NCBI GenBank assembly: GCA_002269645.1 | Contig: NIVC01001510.1 | Span: forward strand, 62,001 to 126,000 | DNA from: Macrostomum lignano | Lineage: Eukaryota | DNA length: 64,000 nucleotides | Direction: 5' to 3' | Part shown: piece by piece, positions 60,771-64,000 of the stretch | How the letters are laid out: each line of letters starts with the position of its first letter | Position numbering within the stretch: position 1 is the first letter of the stretch | Made by a program: the position numbers and the translations under genes | The notes under the pieces: model-generated | Seen by the model: the letters and a program-made list of their open reading frames with translations, nothing else | What the model was told of the DNA's origin: nothing | Databases searched by the model: none

Positions 60771-61740
60771 GATTATTATATATTGTACTTGTAAAGATTC
60801 TACGATGCTGAGATTGTATCTATTATATATTTTAGTTGGCGCAGAATGTAGAAGTATATTGTGTATAGTCTCTATAGCTGATGCAAGACTTAAGCTAACC
60901 GAGTTAAGAGCTTCAAAGCCCTGCTGCTAACTAGCAAAGTCTTTTTTTGTTAGTCTTTCACATACGAAAACTTAAAAACACATTAAAATAAAAAAGAACG
61001 CTATATGAAAACAATGAACTCGAACACATTGCTAGCATAATATTACGAAAATTCCAACTATATATAACGCAAACATTCATTTAACAACAGTTGCCTGCAT
61101 GTATTGTGAACGCAAAGATGACAGCGTTACAATATCTGATAAAGCAAAATATGATGTTACTACAATTACAATACGCAATGCATAATCATACAATACAAAA
61201 ATATGATGCAACAAATACACTAGCCAGCGCATTTCGACTCGTACGAGTATTTAAAGCTTGCACAATATGTTGAAAGATTAAAGTGAACTTAGCGCTAAAC
61301 TTTCGTAAAGAAAACTTTCATTAATTCACATTGTCCTCCTCGCTATTATTACTTGTGTTTACTAAGCAAATTGAAAGCTAGCGGATAGTTAAACAATCAA
61401 AATAATGAATAGTTTACGAGTAAGAGCAATATGGAGTATAACAATATGCGTTAAACATTCAGTGCTTCAGTAGTATATAATTTGAAACGGAATTCGTATG
61501 AATGTTTACTGATTGGCAAAAATATCGCCTTTGGCAACTCTATTCTCGTCGAATCGGACGCGCACATTTCTATCTCTACCAGTAGGAAGTTCCCTGGCTA
61601 TTTTTAGTCTGAAACACAGATACTAAAATAACTAGATGGGCCACTCAGACATATATACTTAGTAAAACAGCTGTCTACTTTCAGTTAAGTAGCAAATAAG
61701 AATACATGAGCTATTTTATAAAAATAAAGGCAGCTAAGAT

Positions 61741-62450
61741 GACTTTGATAAGTTAAGAAGCCCAACCTTGCAGGCGTAAACAACTATCTAATTGGTTCAG
61801 CAATAATGTACGTTGGCCAGTCCACTGAAATGTACATAGCAGCTTTAGGCTGGAATATTGAAAGGCAATAAAAATTAGGGCGGGGCACATAGATAAAGTA
61901 TACATAGATTCCACCCCTGCCCCCGCGGAGTGTCTAAATTGTGACCATCACTTTATTCACTGCGCTCCTATTGGCTGGGCCACGCTATGCACATTGAGTC
62001 CACGTGTGTACATTCCCCCAACTCCGGAACACTTGCGTGTCGACTTCATTCTTGCTAAACTGTTGAAACTGGTAAGACATCCTTTCGTTCCGCGCATTAA
62101 AGTTATAAAGCTTTCTTGTGTGGAAGGGGTGAGGGAATGAAATCGAAGGGGTTGAAAGGAAGGCTTTCGCGCCAGCCAATGAGAGCACGGTGAGTTTTAT
62201 GGTGGTCAAAGTTTGGACACGAGCGTGTGTACATTCTGGGCAGGGGTGGAATCTATGTATACTTTATCTATGGCGGGGCAGGGGGGGGGGCTTTGATAAG
62301 TTTAGAAGCCCAAGCTTGCAGGTGTAAACAACTTGCTAATTGGATCAGAAATAATGTACATTTAACATTTGCCAGTCCACTGAAATGTGCATAGCAGCTT
62401 TAGGCCGGAATTCCGAGAAAGGCAATAACAATTGAGGCGGGGCGAGGCGG
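61741..62450. repeat. ~150-bp diverged direct repeat (61741-61887 and 62291-62450) flanking the MITE
   Basis: ctttgataagtt.agaagcccaa.cttgcagg.gtaaacaact...gccagtccactgaaatgt.catagcagctttaggc...aaaggcaataa occurs twice. Confidence 0.8.
61888..62272. mobile_element. 385-bp MITE with perfect 35-bp TIRs and 8-bp TSD (hAT-like)
   Basis: Left TIR catagataaagtatacatagattccacccctgccc (61888-61922); right TIR is its exact reverse complement (62238-62272). The TSD gcggggca lies at 61880-61887 and 62273-62280. An 8-bp TSD is characteristic of the hAT (and P) superfamilies. Confidence 0.9.
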
Positions 62451-63058
62451 GGGTAGTGTGGAAAGGCGCGGTTGGAGGGTTGAAGCCTGGGGGTAAGGGC
62501 CAATAAATTAGCCTTTGGCTTACTACTACTGAACTGAAAGTAGCTTACGCGCAAATGTGCTGAGTGGCTCATCAAGTTATTCTAGAATCTGTGATCTGAG
62601 ATTATTTAACAAGCCAACCAAGGCACCGCTTTAAGAAGATATTCAACCATTCCTTCAAGAAATTAAGTTTCCCAGTTCAATAAAATATCAGAAATGCCAA
62701 GCGCTATAGTCGCCTATGTGACTACGAGTTCTCTTGTCCATTGTAGGTCCAACAGGCTTTCAATAACTACGTACAATACGTAAAACATTTTTACATAGTG
62801 ATATTTCTACACGATTCGCTGGTGTTCTGGAATTTTACATTTAGGGCGCAGGAAAAAAATTGCTTCAGAGGGAATTCTTCTCTTGGTAGTAGTTAAAAGC
62901 TATGAAAAAACGGTTTAGTTCAAGCAGATATTTGTGAAACAATATCGAGTTGACAAGTCTTGCATTCTTTTTTAGCGGTTGTATTTACCGTTTTATCATC
63001 TTACTCGTACCAGTTTATTAGAAGCGCGTTTAAAAAACGAATGAAAATAGAAATGCCG

Positions 63059-64000
63059 TCAACGAAACATGACCGAATCCAGATAGGAGCGCAGATTAGC
63101 GCGCACAGTGTCAACCGGGTAGGCGGCCCTGGCCTGCTGCACTAGTTCGGCGAACTGCACAAATTTTTGGCTATCCGGCGCCAGCTCCTCGCATACCGGG
63201 TGACAGGGACAGGCGAATGGCGATCTGTCAATGACGCACCGTTCAGTGCTCGGTTCAACTGAGGCTACCCAGGAAATCAGATTATGACAGGGGAAACTGA
63301 ACGGCGGCACGTGGCAAATCTCGCGCATCTGGGCTGGTATAGCGCGTAATTTAGTTTGCCAGGCTTTATTGCCACGAAGTTGTCGATTTTCTCGAGCAAA
63401 TGTTCGAACCTTGTCTCTGGCGCCTAGACAGCGGCCGAAAGCATCCTCGGCATCGCATTGAAAGCGGATGACGCAATAGCCGCAGTTAAGCTCGGGCTGC
63501 AACGGGTCGCGTGGCACGTGGACGCTGCGCAGCCGAGGAATCATTTCGCGTAGGGAGCCGATCAGCTGGGATAGTGGCAGTTGAGTCGGCAGATTCCAAA
63601 TTAATAAGAAAGGCGCCTGTTGTCTGGTAGGCCAGAACAGAAACCTGTCTGGCAGGCTTGAAGCAAACTCGTGACACGTGACTGTACTGTATTCGCGTAG
63701 GCACAACGAACCGACAACGGAATCATGAGCCGACTTGTCTGTTGGTTGAGCGCTAGTCTCTGCTTGAGTAGTCGCAGAGGCAGGTAGCTTTTCGGCTTCA
63801 ATCGCCGCCTCTACGCTTGGATTATGGGGCTTATTAGTTGAACCGGACTCAACCGTTCGAACAACAGTGTCTAGAAGAGCTTCGGCTACCTCTCGAACTA
63901 TGATGTCGACTGAAGCCGACTCATTAGTGTCAGACGGTGTTTCACTAGTAGTCTCGATTTTTCCCTCAACACCTTCGATAGCTTTGTCAGTAGCTGCTAC
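63059..64000 (-). CDS. Partial (5'-truncated by the window) paralog with one [RRM-like, Cys/His motif] module, intronless over 942 nt
   Basis: The frame is open from 64000 to the stop at 63059-63061: ...[50 protein letters not shown]...EICHVPPFSFPCHNLISW...RSPFACPCHP... Confidence 0.85.
   Translation of the reverse strand, partial: VAATDKAIEGVEGKIETTSETPSDTNESASVDIIVREVAEALLDTVVRTVESGSTNKPHNPSVEAAIEAEKLPASATTQAETSAQPTDKSAHDSVVGSLCLREYSTVTCHEFASSLPDRFLFWPTRQQAPFLLIWNLPTQLPLSQLIGSLREMIPRLRSVHVPRDPLQPELNCGYCVIRFQCDAEDAFGRCLGARDKVRTFARENRQLRGNKAWQTKLRAIPAQMREICHVPPFSFPCHNLISWVASVEPSTERCVIDRSPFACPCHPVCEELAPDSQKFVQFAELVQQARAAYPVDTVRANLRSYLDSVMFR

Overview
This is eukaryotic (animal) genomic DNA. 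GC-rich exons alternate with AT-rich or minisatellite-filled introns, a style that resembles the flatworm Macrostomum (inference from composition only). I reconstructed nine protein-coding loci by hand from GT..AG splice sites and reading-frame phase. (1) A Thr/Pro mucin-like single-pass membrane protein (~1.0-3.0 kb, +, one 1-nt frameshift in the repeat). (2) A 290-aa intronless orphan (+). (3) A 2-exon, 247-aa coiled-coil orphan (+). (4) A 12-exon, ~1217-aa hillarin/KY/LTD-1-like transglutaminase-fold protein (18712-30149, +) with an MGCxxS lipidation signal, a degenerate catalytic triad and a C-terminal domain resembling the dynein heavy-chain microtubule-binding domain. (5) An intronless 615-aa orphan (-). 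(6) A 162-aa small protein (-). (7) A 5-exon goliath/RNF130/RNF150-type PA-TM-RING-H2 E3 ligase (-). (8) A 7-exon, ~981-aa protein with two copies of an [RRM-like, RRM-like, Cys/His motif] module (-). (9) An adjacent paralog carrying a third copy of that module, running off the window end (-). Repeats include more than 20 different minisatellites (mostly one per intron, several telomere-like), tRNA-derived SINEs, a LINE 3' fragment, a hAT-like MITE with 8-bp TSD, two CpG-void AT-rich blocks, and an HSP70 gene fragment held between 38-bp inverted repeats. The best candidates for undescribed biology are the RRM+Cys/His module family (with non-matching intron positions between copies), the lipid-anchored pseudo-transglutaminase with a dynein-type microtubule-binding domain, and the IR-flanked HSP70 fragment. 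No database searches were run. All homology calls come from recalled family motifs.
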